Part shown: positions 10,174-19,524 of the stretch, one piece after another
Layout of the letters: each line of letters opens with the position of its first letter
Position numbering within the stretch: position 1 is the first letter of the stretch
Origin: an uncultured delta proteobacterium
GTDB lineage: Bacteria; Desulfobacterota; Desulfuromonadia; Geobacterales; Pseudopelobacteraceae
Length of the DNA stretch: 64,000 bases
Assembly: GCA_963772835.1 (NCBI GenBank)
Contig: CAVYYZ010000008.1
Location: 288,001 to 352,000 of the forward strand
Reading direction: 5' to 3'
Translations under genes and position numbers: made by a program
Notes under the pieces: generated by a model
Seen by the model: only the letters and a program-made list of their open reading frames with translations
Told to the model about the DNA's origin: nothing
Databases searched by the model: none

Positions 10174-10335
10174 ACAGTTTCCCCTCCCGTGGTCTTCAAT
10201 GAGACTCTGTTTGCAGGGTGCTTTCTCTGTTTGAACTTATCAAACAATTTACCTCCTGCAATTAAAATTACTGGATCAAATAGAGAAACCGCACAGCTTA
10301 GTGTAATAATCAATACTCCCACTAATGATAAAATC

Positions 10336-10351
10336 TTTGACCCAAGTCAAA
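10336..10351. promoter_or_regulatory. Crp/Fnr-family-type palindromic operator TTTGAC-ccaa-GTCAAA
   Basis: Perfect 6-4-6 palindrome similar to the Fnr consensus TTGAT-N4-ATCAA, between the divergent nar and bcp operons. Confidence 0.6.
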
Positions 10352-10394
10352 AGCTGTTTTTATATGGTTTGTTGAATGTGTGGATCTTTTTATA

Positions 10395-10422
10395 TTGACG
10401 TTTTGGTTCGTAGTGGTAAAGT
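10395..10422 (+). promoter_or_regulatory. Putative sigma70 promoter for bcp-yceI
   Basis: TTGACG-16 nt-TAAAGT with an extended TG, ~40 nt before the bcp start. Confidence 0.35.
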
Positions 10423-10463
10423 GGACTCAAAAGGTCTTGTTTAATTGTCGAGGAGGATGTGCA

Positions 10464-10925
10464 ATGTCACTGGAAGGAAAGAAAGCACCTGCTTTTTCAT
10501 TGGAGGGGAGCGATGGGAAGCAGCACACGTTGAAACAGTACATCGGAAAAACGGTTGTGATCTATTTTTATCCGAAAGACAACACGCCCGGTTGCACCAA
10601 GGAAGCGTGCGGATTCCGTGACAACTTCAAGGAGTTGACCGATAAGGGAGTTGTCTTGCTTGGAATCAGCAAGGACAGTATTGCAGCACACCGCAAATTC
10701 ATCACCAACTACGCACTGCCGTTTGTATTGCTGAGTGATCCGGATTTTTCCATGATGCAAGCCTATGAAGCGTACGGCGAGAAGGTTATGTGCGGGAAAA
10801 AGTCGCTCGGTACGATCCGCTCGACGGTGATCGTCGGGTCGGACGGGATAGTAAAAAAACAGTGGGCAAAAGTTGCCAAGGCCGAGCAGCACCCGGATGA
10901 AGTGCTGGCATATCTGCGGGATTGA
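10464..10925 (+). CDS. bcp: Peroxiredoxin BCP/PrxQ
   Basis: YFYPKDNTPGCTKEACGFRD active site; AGGAGG RBS before the ATG at 10464. Confidence 0.92.
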   Translation: MSLEGKKAPAFSLEGSDGKQHTLKQYIGKTVVIYFYPKDNTPGCTKEACGFRDNFKELTDKGVVLLGISKDSIAAHRKFITNYALPFVLLSDPDFSMMQAYEAYGEKVMCGKKSLGTIRSTVIVGSDGIVKKQWAKVAKAEQHPDEVLAYLRD

Positions 10926-10954
10926 ATCCCGCTTCAATGTAACAGGAGGATGTT

Positions 10955-11542
10955 ATGACACGTTTATTTTTGATGATGGTGGCCGCCGTTCTGCTGATTC
11001 CGCTTAATGTAATGGCAGCAACCTACAATCTGGATCCGAACCACTCAGCGATTCAGTTTAAGGTTAAGCATCTGATGATCACAAACGTCACGGGCGTTTT
11101 TGAAAAGTTTAAAGGAACTGTCACTCTGGATGAGAAGGATATTACCAGATCCGTCGTCAATGTCAGCATCCAGATGGACTCGCTGAATTCGAACATTGCC
11201 AAACGTGACGAGCATCTGCGTAGCCCTGATTTCTTCGATGTCGCCAAATTTCCGACCATGACGTTCGTTTCGACCAGGGTGGAAAAAGCGGGAGCAGACA
11301 GGTTGAAAGTGACAGGGGATCTGACGATTAAAGGGGTGACCAGAACGGTTGTCCTGAATGTAGATGGTCCGACCGGTGAAATAAAAAGTCCGCAGGGGGA
11401 AATGAGGCGTGGTGTTTCAGCAACCGCCAAGATCAATCGCCAGGATTACGGCGTCAGTTGGAGCAAGAAACTTGACGGCGGGGGAGTGGTAGTCGCAGAC
11501 GATGTGTACATCAATATTGACACTGAAATGGCCCGGCAGTAA
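10955..11542 (+). CDS. yceI: YceI family periplasmic polyisoprenoid-binding protein
   Basis: Signal peptide, LDPNHSAIQFKVKH, RDEHLRSPDFFDVAKFP. Confidence 0.9.
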   Translation: MTRLFLMMVAAVLLIPLNVMAATYNLDPNHSAIQFKVKHLMITNVTGVFEKFKGTVTLDEKDITRSVVNVSIQMDSLNSNIAKRDEHLRSPDFFDVAKFPTMTFVSTRVEKAGADRLKVTGDLTIKGVTRTVVLNVDGPTGEIKSPQGEMRRGVSATAKINRQDYGVSWSKKLDGGGVVVADDVYINIDTEMARQ

Positions 11543-11569
11543 ACTGCCGTAAAATAAATCGATACCACC

Positions 11570-11602
11570 AAAGCCGGTTTGTTCGAAAGGCAAGCCGGCT
11601 TT
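11570..11602. terminator. Stem-loop between yceI and the rubrerythrin gene
   Basis: aaagccggtttg..gaaa..caagccggcttt inverted repeat. Confidence 0.45.
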
Positions 11603-11630
11603 ACTACATCTGTTTGAATGGAGACGTAAT

Positions 11631-12086
11631 ATGGAGAAATTTGTCACCCTTGACGATGTCATCAAGTTTGCCGTAGATCGCGAAGACACCGCCTACAAGC
11701 TCTACAAGCGGGCCGCCGAGCTTTCCACCAACATCTCTTCAAAAAAAATGTTCGAGGAACTTGCCCAGGAAGAAGCCGCCCATAAGGATGTTTTTGTTAA
11801 AATCGATGAGGACAAGGCAGAGAACCACAAGCTGTGCACGCTCCCCGAATCCAGTATTGCCAAATATCTGGCAGACATACCGTTCAGGGCCGACCTGACC
11901 TACAGCGAGATCCTTGCCTTTGCCCTCAAAACCGAGGAGAACGCCTACCAGCTATATAAAGCCGCCGCCGGGATGACTGACGATCCGAAACTGCAAAAGG
12001 TATTGATGAATTTTGCCGATGTTGAATTGGGGCATCGCCGGAAGATAGAAGCGATTTATGAAGAGCGGGTGCTGACCGAGGGATGA
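11631..12086 (+). CDS. Rubrerythrin/ferritin-like diiron protein
   Basis: Duplicated E-x3-Y ... EExxH/ExxH diiron motifs (REDTAY..EEAAH; EENAY..ELGH). Confidence 0.85.
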   Translation: MEKFVTLDDVIKFAVDREDTAYKLYKRAAELSTNISSKKMFEELAQEEAAHKDVFVKIDEDKAENHKLCTLPESSIAKYLADIPFRADLTYSEILAFALKTEENAYQLYKAAAGMTDDPKLQKVLMNFADVELGHRRKIEAIYEERVLTEG

Positions 12087-12110
12087 TATAAATTTGATAT
12101 CAGGATGAAA

Positions 12111-12143
12111 CACAACAGGCGGCCATAACGGCCGCCTGTTGTG
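12111..12143. terminator. Intrinsic terminator hairpin between convergent genes
   Basis: cacaacaggcggcc-ataac-ggccgcctgttgtg, perfect 14-bp stem. Confidence 0.65.
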
Positions 12144-12172
12144 ATTGTAGGCTGCGTGAAACGCCCTTCACG

Positions 12173-14494
12173 CTATACCTCTATCCGGAACTCAACCCCG
12201 TCTTCGGTGTTTCTGGCGCTCAGGTGGCCATGCATATTCTGTTCGATGATCACTTTAGACATATAAAGTCCGATGCCGCTGCCTTTATCCGGGGCTCGAG
12301 TGGTGAAATAGGGGTCAAAAATTTTTGGCATGATGTCGTCAGCTATACCGCCGCAATTGTCTCGAATACAGAGGATTGAACGACCGTTTTCTGGGGTTAA
12401 TCTGATGAAAATACGGGGGGAGTCTATACGTCGCTCAATGCACGTCTCCCGGGCATTGGAAAGGATATTAAGCAGTACCTGTGCATATTCATTCTGATAT
12501 CCGAAGATGGCAACGTTCTCGTCGTCTTCGAACTCTACCGTAATAGTATGACTTGTCAGTGTCGCGGAGATTAATTCAAGGGCGCGGTGAACAGTTGTTC
12601 CGACAAAAAAACGGGACTTTTCTTTATCTTTGCGGAAAAAATTGCGGAAGTCGTCGATAGTGCGTGACATGTGCATTATGACATCCATTGCTGTGCCGAT
12701 CTCCTGTTTCATCTCGTCATTCGTTATTGTGCCTGAATTGAAAGAATACAGAAGGTTCTGGATGATCAGACCGATATTGTTGAGCGGCTGCCGCCACTGA
12801 TGGGCGATATTGTTAATCATCTCGCCCATGGACGCCAGTCGCCCCTGCTGTATCAGGGCCTGATCCTTGCCTCTGAGGTCGGCCACTGCCAGATTGATGC
12901 GTTCTTGCAGCGACTGGTTCAGCTCTTGAAGTTTTGCCTGTGCCGCCTCGCGTTCGGCGACTTCTTCTTCGAGTGCTTTGGTCTGTTCGAAGAGTTCATG
13001 TTCCATCTGCTTACGCTCGGTTATATCCTGATTGCTGGCCCGCCAGCCCCAGGGGAGTCCGTCCGGAGTATGAATCTGCTGACACACGTGACTGATCCAT
13101 CGTAATTCGCCGTTCTTGCAGATGATCCGGATTTCGATCGGCTGAATCTGACCATGGGAATCTATGACATGAGTGTGGTGCCGGTAAAGTTTGCGGTCAT
13201 CGGGATGTATGAGCGTATGTATCAGCTCAGTGTCGGAATCGAATTCCATGATGCTGTAGCCGGTCAACGAAGTAACGGATGGTGACATGTAAATGAACCG
13301 GTTGTCCGGCAGGCGCCAGTATTCCCAGTTGGAGGAATAATCGGCGACAATCCTCAGATGTGATTCGCTTTTCTGCAGCAACTTCTGTGCGTTCCGGCGT
13401 TCGGCGATCTCCCGTTCCAGTGCGGCGGTCCGCTCGTTAACCCGGTACTCAAGGCCCTCATTCAGGGAACGCACCTCACCCTCAGCCCGTTTCCGAACCT
13501 CAATCTCGTCCATCAGTTGTGTTGTTTGTTCGGATACCTTTCTGACAAGAGTCCTGTTCCAGATCAAGATCGAAGAGAAGATAAGTATGGCAATCGCTGC
13601 TACCGTAGTGCCGATAAAAACTTTACCAGGGTGCCATACCGGTGCAATCGGAAGCCAGCGGCTCAGTACCATTTGACGTTCTTTCTGAGTAATGGAGGCG
13701 ATTCCTTTGTTCAGAATCAACTCCATCTCCGGCCAGTCCTTCCTTATGCCTATCCCCCAGTCATAACTGAAAGGCGTTACACCGGCATCATGGATGTTTG
13801 AAATACCCATCTCCTGCATGTAGTAGGTAGCAGTGGCAAGATTTTCAACATAGGCGTCCACCATGCCAAATGACACTTTAGCAAGACCGGATGCAGTATC
13901 CGGTACGACGTCAAGTTGAATGTCGGGATACCTGCTTTTAATAATGTCATGAGCAGTGTAGTTGGAAACGACTGCCACTCTCATCCCTTTACCTTTGAGG
14001 TCTTCGAAGGTCATTCCATGATCCACCGAATTGCGGACAATTATAGTACCCGGTACATGGGAAAGAGGGACGCTAACCCGCATGAATTCAAGCCTGTTGG
14101 GAGTGGATACAATTGCACCGAGGAGATCAATTTCATTGTTTTTGAACTTAGTCAGTACTTCATCCCAGTTTTTTGCTTTGACGATGGTGAATTTAACTCC
14201 GAGTTTTGCTTCCAGCATTCTGATATTGTCAGCTGCAACTCCTTGGTAGTCTCCATGGCGGTCAAAAAATTCTATCGGCTTGAATTCAGGATCGGGTGCC
14301 AGACGAATGACAGGGTGCTGCTGCAGCCATGTCCGTTCGGCAGGTGTCAGCGGGATTGTGGCTGACGGTGGGGGGGCTGCTGACAGTGGCGCAGGATATG
14401 AAATGATACCTGCACAAAAAAACACGAATGCTGATATGAGCAGCATGCCCTTTATGGAAAAGCGAGGATGTCGTTTGCGTACAGGCAGATACAT
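12173..14494 (-). CDS. Sensor histidine kinase: periplasmic solute-binding (BvgS/EvgS-like) domain, TM, PAS, HisKA, HATPase
   Basis: LTPAERTWL..IRLAPDP solute-binding start, PAS (IHPDDR..DITERK), H-box NIAHQWRQPL, FDPYFTT..GSGIGL; start approximate. Confidence 0.88.
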   Translation of the reverse strand: MYLPVRKRHPRFSIKGMLLISAFVFFCAGIISYPAPLSAAPPPSATIPLTPAERTWLQQHPVIRLAPDPEFKPIEFFDRHGDYQGVAADNIRMLEAKLGVKFTIVKAKNWDEVLTKFKNNEIDLLGAIVSTPNRLEFMRVSVPLSHVPGTIIVRNSVDHGMTFEDLKGKGMRVAVVSNYTAHDIIKSRYPDIQLDVVPDTASGLAKVSFGMVDAYVENLATATYYMQEMGISNIHDAGVTPFSYDWGIGIRKDWPEMELILNKGIASITQKERQMVLSRWLPIAPVWHPGKVFIGTTVAAIAILIFSSILIWNRTLVRKVSEQTTQLMDEIEVRKRAEGEVRSLNEGLEYRVNERTAALEREIAERRNAQKLLQKSESHLRIVADYSSNWEYWRLPDNRFIYMSPSVTSLTGYSIMEFDSDTELIHTLIHPDDRKLYRHHTHVIDSHGQIQPIEIRIICKNGELRWISHVCQQIHTPDGLPWGWRASNQDITERKQMEHELFEQTKALEEEVAEREAAQAKLQELNQSLQERINLAVADLRGKDQALIQQGRLASMGEMINNIAHQWRQPLNNIGLIIQNLLYSFNSGTITNDEMKQEIGTAMDVIMHMSRTIDDFRNFFRKDKEKSRFFVGTTVHRALELISATLTSHTITVEFEDDENVAIFGYQNEYAQVLLNILSNARETCIERRIDSPRIFIRLTPENGRSILCIRDNCGGIADDIMPKIFDPYFTTRAPDKGSGIGLYMSKVIIEQNMHGHLSARNTEDGVEFRIEV

Positions 14495-14829
14495 GGTTAA
14501 AACCTTTTCGGGCTCAATTTCATATATGTACTCATCTACCACATTAATAGCTATTGGCAAGGCACCTCTGCAGAATGAAATACACAAACATTTTGAGAAC
14601 TACATTTCAGGGTCTCATAGCTGCTCTGCATACATGAGATTAGCATGCATGTTGAAATGTAATTATTTTAAATGTACTCAACTGTTTTCAATCTAATCAG
14701 GGAGAATCACGACGTCGGGAAGTATGGGGAACTTTATGGCCTTTGCCTGGAGAAGCCGCCGCTGCAATCACTTCCAGATTGCAAAAAAGGGCAGCCGTGC
14801 CGGGGCAATACCCTGCAGTGATCAGAATG

Positions 14830-17052
14830 TCACAGTGTTTTTTCGATCCGTTTCAACAACAGAGAATTGAGCACAACCGAGACCGATGAAAAGGCCATCG
14901 CCAGGCCGGCATATTCCGGTTTCAAATATATGCCGTAACGGTACAGGAGACCGGCAGCAACCGGTATGCCGAGAATATTGTAGAAGAGAGCCCAGAACAG
15001 GTTCTGTTTGACTTTAGTAAGAGTCGCACGACCGATCTTTATCGCCCGCACTGCGTCCGTCAAATCACTTCGCATCAGGACAATGTCGCCGGTCTCTTTG
15101 GCAACATCAGTGCCTCCGCCGATGGCGATCCCTATCTGCGCCTGGGCAAGAGCGGGGGCATCGTTGATCCCGTCTCCAACCATCCCGACGGTCATTCCTC
15201 GAGCCTGGTATTCTTTGACTACATCCCGTTTTCGCTCCGGCATCACTTCAGCTTCAAAAGAGTCAACCCCTGCCTGATTCGCAACAATTGAGGCAACATA
15301 CGCGTGATCGCCGGTAATCATGCAGGTAGATATGCCCATGCGTCGCAGCTCGGCGACAGCTTTTATAGAACCCGGCCTCAGAGTGTCTGCAAAAGCCGCG
15401 ACACCAACCAGAGCGTTTCCGGCGGCTACATAGACCAGCGATTTTCCCGCCGCACTCAATTCGGAGACTCTCTTTGCCAGTGGCGACAGAGCAATTCCGA
15501 GTTCTCCCATGAGCCGTTCGTTGCCGACGGCCAGCTGAAATCCTTCATACCGGCAGGTTATTCCCAATCCGCCCCGCTCCTGGAACTCTTCACCCTGACC
15601 CGGTTCGATCCCCGCTTCCCGAGCCGCTGCAAGCGCTGCCTGGGCCAGCGGATGGGTCGAATATGCTTCGGCAGTAGCCAGACATTCGAGCAGTTTGGTC
15701 GGGTCGACGCTTCGCGTGACGGTCACCAGGTCGGTCATTTCCGGCGTTCCCCAGGTCAGGGTGCCGGTTTTGTCGAGAAGTAGAACGTTCAGCCGGGAGA
15801 TCGTCTCGAGTGCTGAGCCTTTTTTTACCAGAATTCCGCGGCCAAGTGCAATACCGCTCCCGACCATGATGGCGGTCGGAGTAGCGAGCCCCATTGCGCA
15901 CGGGCAGGCAATAACCAGTACGGCGATCGAAAAACGGAAGGCGGTCAGAAAGTCGCTGGAATAAATGACGTACCAGATTGCAAATGTTGCAGCAGCTAGA
16001 AGGATCACTATTGGGACGAACCAGGCCGAGACTGTGTCGGCAAACTTTTGAATGGGAGCCTTATCTCCCTGTGCCTCTCGTACCATCTTGATGATTTGCG
16101 CCAGTAGGGTTGCCTCGCCGATCCGGGTTGCCCGGATCCGCATTACGCCATTGGTGCTGATGGTGGCCCCGGAAACGAGATCGCCCGGTTTTTTAAGGAC
16201 CGGAAGTGACTCGCCAGTGACCATGCTCTCATTGACAGCACCCCCTCCCTCGATAACTTCACCATCTATCGGAATGACATCCCCGGCACGGACCAGAACG
16301 ACGTCGCCGACACGGATAACAGATACAGGTACTTCCATCTCTCCGTTTTCAGTGACCAGGAGAGCCTTGTCAGCCTGGAGGTGGAGCAGCTTTTTGAGAG
16401 CCTCGCTTGCTTTGCCCCGGGCACGGGCCTCAAGATATTTTCCGAGGCGGATAAATGCAATCAGCATGGCCGATGTTTCGAAGAAAACTTCGCGATGCTG
16501 ACCGAGAAGCCCGAAATAGGCACCCAGCGAATAAAAATATGCGGCTGATGTGCCCAGAGCTACCAGTACATCCATGTTGGTACTGCGGTTTTTAAGGGCA
16601 CTCCACGCACCGCGATAGAAGATCAGGCCGGCGGAAAACTGCACCGCTGTAGCAAGGAGCAGATTGAGCTGCATGACGGCTCGATTGGAGTGTAAACCCA
16701 TCGTAAGCATGATCGGGAGAGAGGCGAGCAGGGAAAAAACAAACCAGTTCCGCTGGGAGTGGAGGTCGTCGTCATGTGCAGTTTCAGCGATTTTCAGTTC
16801 TACAGGGGTGTAGCCGGCGGCATGTACGATGCTGAAGATCCCGGCGCGGTCAAGCTGTTGCGGATCAAAACTGACAAAGCCGGTTTCTGCCGCCAGATTC
16901 ACGATTGCAGTGGTAATTGCAGGATGTACAAGCAGCTTTTTTTCGAGGGTGTTGACGCAGGACGCACAATGTAATCCCCGCACCCCGAAAGTCAGTTCGC
17001 CGGTCGTCTCGGACCGAACGATGAGATTGTTATCGTTATCTGAAGTCGCCAT
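14830..17052 (-). CDS. copA: Cu(I)-exporting P1B-type ATPase
   Basis: HMA motif GLHCASC, TGES, CPC, DKTGT, HP, GDGINDAP, YN and MAFSS Cu+ signature. Confidence 0.9.
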   Translation of the reverse strand: MATSDNDNNLIVRSETTGELTFGVRGLHCASCVNTLEKKLLVHPAITTAIVNLAAETGFVSFDPQQLDRAGIFSIVHAAGYTPVELKIAETAHDDDLHSQRNWFVFSLLASLPIMLTMGLHSNRAVMQLNLLLATAVQFSAGLIFYRGAWSALKNRSTNMDVLVALGTSAAYFYSLGAYFGLLGQHREVFFETSAMLIAFIRLGKYLEARARGKASEALKKLLHLQADKALLVTENGEMEVPVSVIRVGDVVLVRAGDVIPIDGEVIEGGGAVNESMVTGESLPVLKKPGDLVSGATISTNGVMRIRATRIGEATLLAQIIKMVREAQGDKAPIQKFADTVSAWFVPIVILLAAATFAIWYVIYSSDFLTAFRFSIAVLVIACPCAMGLATPTAIMVGSGIALGRGILVKKGSALETISRLNVLLLDKTGTLTWGTPEMTDLVTVTRSVDPTKLLECLATAEAYSTHPLAQAALAAAREAGIEPGQGEEFQERGGLGITCRYEGFQLAVGNERLMGELGIALSPLAKRVSELSAAGKSLVYVAAGNALVGVAAFADTLRPGSIKAVAELRRMGISTCMITGDHAYVASIVANQAGVDSFEAEVMPERKRDVVKEYQARGMTVGMVGDGINDAPALAQAQIGIAIGGGTDVAKETGDIVLMRSDLTDAVRAIKIGRATLTKVKQNLFWALFYNILGIPVAAGLLYRYGIYLKPEYAGLAMAFSSVSVVLNSLLLKRIEKTL

Positions 17053-18091
17053 GCACGAAATGTCCCCAGGTGATTTTTATTGCTGATGCGATGGGGAGTG
17101 CCAGAAGGATGCCCCAGAACCCGAGCGTTTCTCCGAGAGCCATGACCATGATAATGGTTACCAGCGGGTTCAGGTTCATCGACTCATTGAATACCAGTGG
17201 TTTTATGACATACCCTTCGACAAAGTAGATCAGAGCAAAAGCAAACCCTGTCTGGCCGAGCATGGCCGCAGACTGAAATTTGAACCACGCAAAAAAGAGT
17301 GCCGGCAGAGTCGCAATAATTACACCAATGAACGGCAGGATAGAGGCTGCGCCCGCAAATAGGCCGCAGAAGATCGGATGGGGAATCCCGAGTGTAAACA
17401 GAGCGATCATTGCAAACAGCGCGACAATGATGGAAACCACCACCTGCCCGCGCAGATAACCGCCGATACTTTTGTTTACCTCACGGGCAATATCGACTAT
17501 TTGGTTGCGCCTGCCTTCGGGAAGCCAGGAGACCATGGTATTGATGACGGTCTTCTTGTAGTACAGCATGAAGAAAACCAGAATCGGTGAGAGTACAATA
17601 TTGAAGAGATTGAAAAAGATACTGGTCCCGAAGTTGTAAGCCCATGAGCCGGCCTTGTCAGCCGCTTTGTCAATGTTGCCCGTCGCTTTATCTATGAGCC
17701 ACTGAATTTCTTCGGAGCCATAATGGTCGGGCAGATAATATTTCCATTCAAGAGCGGACCGTTTAATTTCCTGAATATATGTGGGAAGTTCGTGGATGAA
17801 AGCGTTCCAGCTGAGCGTAAGTGCAGGCACGATGAATGTCAGAAAAAAAACCGCCGATACCCCCAGGACAGCATACAGAAACCCCAGTGCATACACACGT
17901 TTTAGACCGCGTCGCTCGACTCCAACAATAATTGGATCCAGCAAATAGGCGATAACCCAGGAAAGCAGAAAACAGGAAATAGTGTGCTGCAATGCGTAGC
18001 CGGCCACGGCCAGCATGCAGAAAAGCAGTAACGTGGCAATTGATCTTCCGTAGTCATTGCGCGGCGTATGAGCGTGGTGAGTGTGCTCCAT
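17036..18091 (-). CDS. AI-2E/PerM family transporter
   Basis: Multi-TM; IAYLLDP, IGGYLRGQ, LPFIG, GILLALP. Confidence 0.85.
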   Translation of the reverse strand: MEHTHHAHTPRNDYGRSIATLLLFCMLAVAGYALQHTISCFLLSWVIAYLLDPIIVGVERRGLKRVYALGFLYAVLGVSAVFFLTFIVPALTLSWNAFIHELPTYIQEIKRSALEWKYYLPDHYGSEEIQWLIDKATGNIDKAADKAGSWAYNFGTSIFFNLFNIVLSPILVFFMLYYKKTVINTMVSWLPEGRRNQIVDIAREVNKSIGGYLRGQVVVSIIVALFAMIALFTLGIPHPIFCGLFAGAASILPFIGVIIATLPALFFAWFKFQSAAMLGQTGFAFALIYFVEGYVIKPLVFNESMNLNPLVTIIMVMALGETLGFWGILLALPIASAIKITWGHFVHGDFR

Positions 18092-18099
18092 GTCCCCTC

Positions 18100-18555
18100 C
18101 TAGGCGTGACTCATATCCCGCTGCATAGTATCTGCCGTGAACAGGTTGTTTTCTTCCATCCAGCTTTTAAGGCGCCTGGAAATAAACTGATCCTTCAACA
18201 ATGCGAAACTCTCTTCCTCATGCGGATAAAATGAGAGGATGTCATCGATTTTTCCGTACGGTTTTCTGCCTGCCAGCAAGGTATAGAGAAGGTTTCTTAA
18301 TGCAGTATTGGAAATTTGAGCTACAAATTCCGAGGCAATCTGCCGTTCGCTGCGATAGTCGAACGGCGGGATTTCCAGAAAACGCTCGCCGTTGTTCTGG
18401 AGTTGTTTTCTAACTTCATTGTTGTCGAATGTGGAAGGAACAAAAAATATTTCACCGGTCAACCTGTCGAGATAGTAAGCTTTATCTGACTGTCCGCTGG
18501 TAAATGCACCGAGTAGGTCCTCCCAGGATATTTCAACACTGTGAACAGTTGCCAT
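18100..18555 (-). CDS. UPF0158 family protein
   Basis: YYLDRLTGEIFFV, RFLEIPP; GAGGAG RBS before the ATG at 18555. Confidence 0.75.
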   Translation of the reverse strand: MATVHSVEISWEDLLGAFTSGQSDKAYYLDRLTGEIFFVPSTFDNNEVRKQLQNNGERFLEIPPFDYRSERQIASEFVAQISNTALRNLLYTLLAGRKPYGKIDDILSFYPHEEESFALLKDQFISRRLKSWMEENNLFTADTMQRDMSHA

Positions 18556-18743
18556 ATATGTCTCCTCTTTCAATCCCATATCAAGGGGCAATAATCAGTT
18601 CGTGCGTTTTCGGTTTCTCAACGGTACAAACTATCGGATCTTTGTCGCTTCAACACTCACCGAATTGATCTTATCCCTGATATAACACAGAATTCCGTTC
18701 TTCTTATTGACTTTTTACAGGTGATCGAAGCACAATCCGCTCC

Positions 18744-19466
18744 ATGCGAGCAATTTTTATAGCAGATGCCCATCTGATGTCACCGGACGACGGTAACTAC
18801 CGTCTTCTTCTTAGTTTTCTACGCACGCTTGAGGGTGAGCTGGATACCCTCTATATTGTCGGGGACCTGTTTGACTTCTGGCTTGGGTTCCCGTCACATC
18901 CCCTGACACAATATGAACCCGTTCTTGATGCATTGGAGCGATTGGTTGTGCGTGGCTGCCGACTGGTATATTTCGAAGGGAATCACGATTTCCATCTGGG
19001 CACGATTTTTTCTCACCGCCTGAAAGCTGAAATCCATTCAGGGCCTGCCATTGAATGCCTTCAGGGCAAGCGCCTATTTATCTGCCACGGTGACCAGATC
19101 AACAAGGAAGATCACTATTACCGTCTGTTGAGATTCCTGCTGCGTACACGCATGGTCTCAGTCGGTGTCAGGCACTTTCCCCCGTCATGGGCTGAAAAAA
19201 TCAGGAAACGCCTGCAAAGACGCAGTCAAGCGGGTTACAGTTTCAAAACTGCCCGCTGGGATTACCATCAGATCATTCTGGATTTCGCCCGTTCTCTCCA
19301 ATGGGAGGAGTGTGACGGGCTGATAACCGGCCATTTCCACATTGCCTTTCACGAAACCGTTCCAGGGTCGGCTTTCTCCGTTTTGTCCCTCGGCGACTGG
19401 ATGGAAAAGTTCACCTATGGTGAAATGCTGGATGGAGAATTGCGGCTAATGTCTTACTCCGAATGA
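18744..19466 (+). CDS. lpxH: UDP-2,3-diacylglucosamine diphosphatase (metallophosphoesterase)
   Basis: FIADAHL, GDLFD, GNHDF, HGD, GHFH, LGDW. Confidence 0.85.
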   Translation: MRAIFIADAHLMSPDDGNYRLLLSFLRTLEGELDTLYIVGDLFDFWLGFPSHPLTQYEPVLDALERLVVRGCRLVYFEGNHDFHLGTIFSHRLKAEIHSGPAIECLQGKRLFICHGDQINKEDHYYRLLRFLLRTRMVSVGVRHFPPSWAEKIRKRLQRRSQAGYSFKTARWDYHQIILDFARSLQWEECDGLITGHFHIAFHETVPGSAFSVLSLGDWMEKFTYGEMLDGELRLMSYSE

Positions 19467-19524
19467 ATAAACACAGGGACGCCGTTCATATTCGTATCGC
19501 CGGACTGTAGCAAACCATTCGAAA

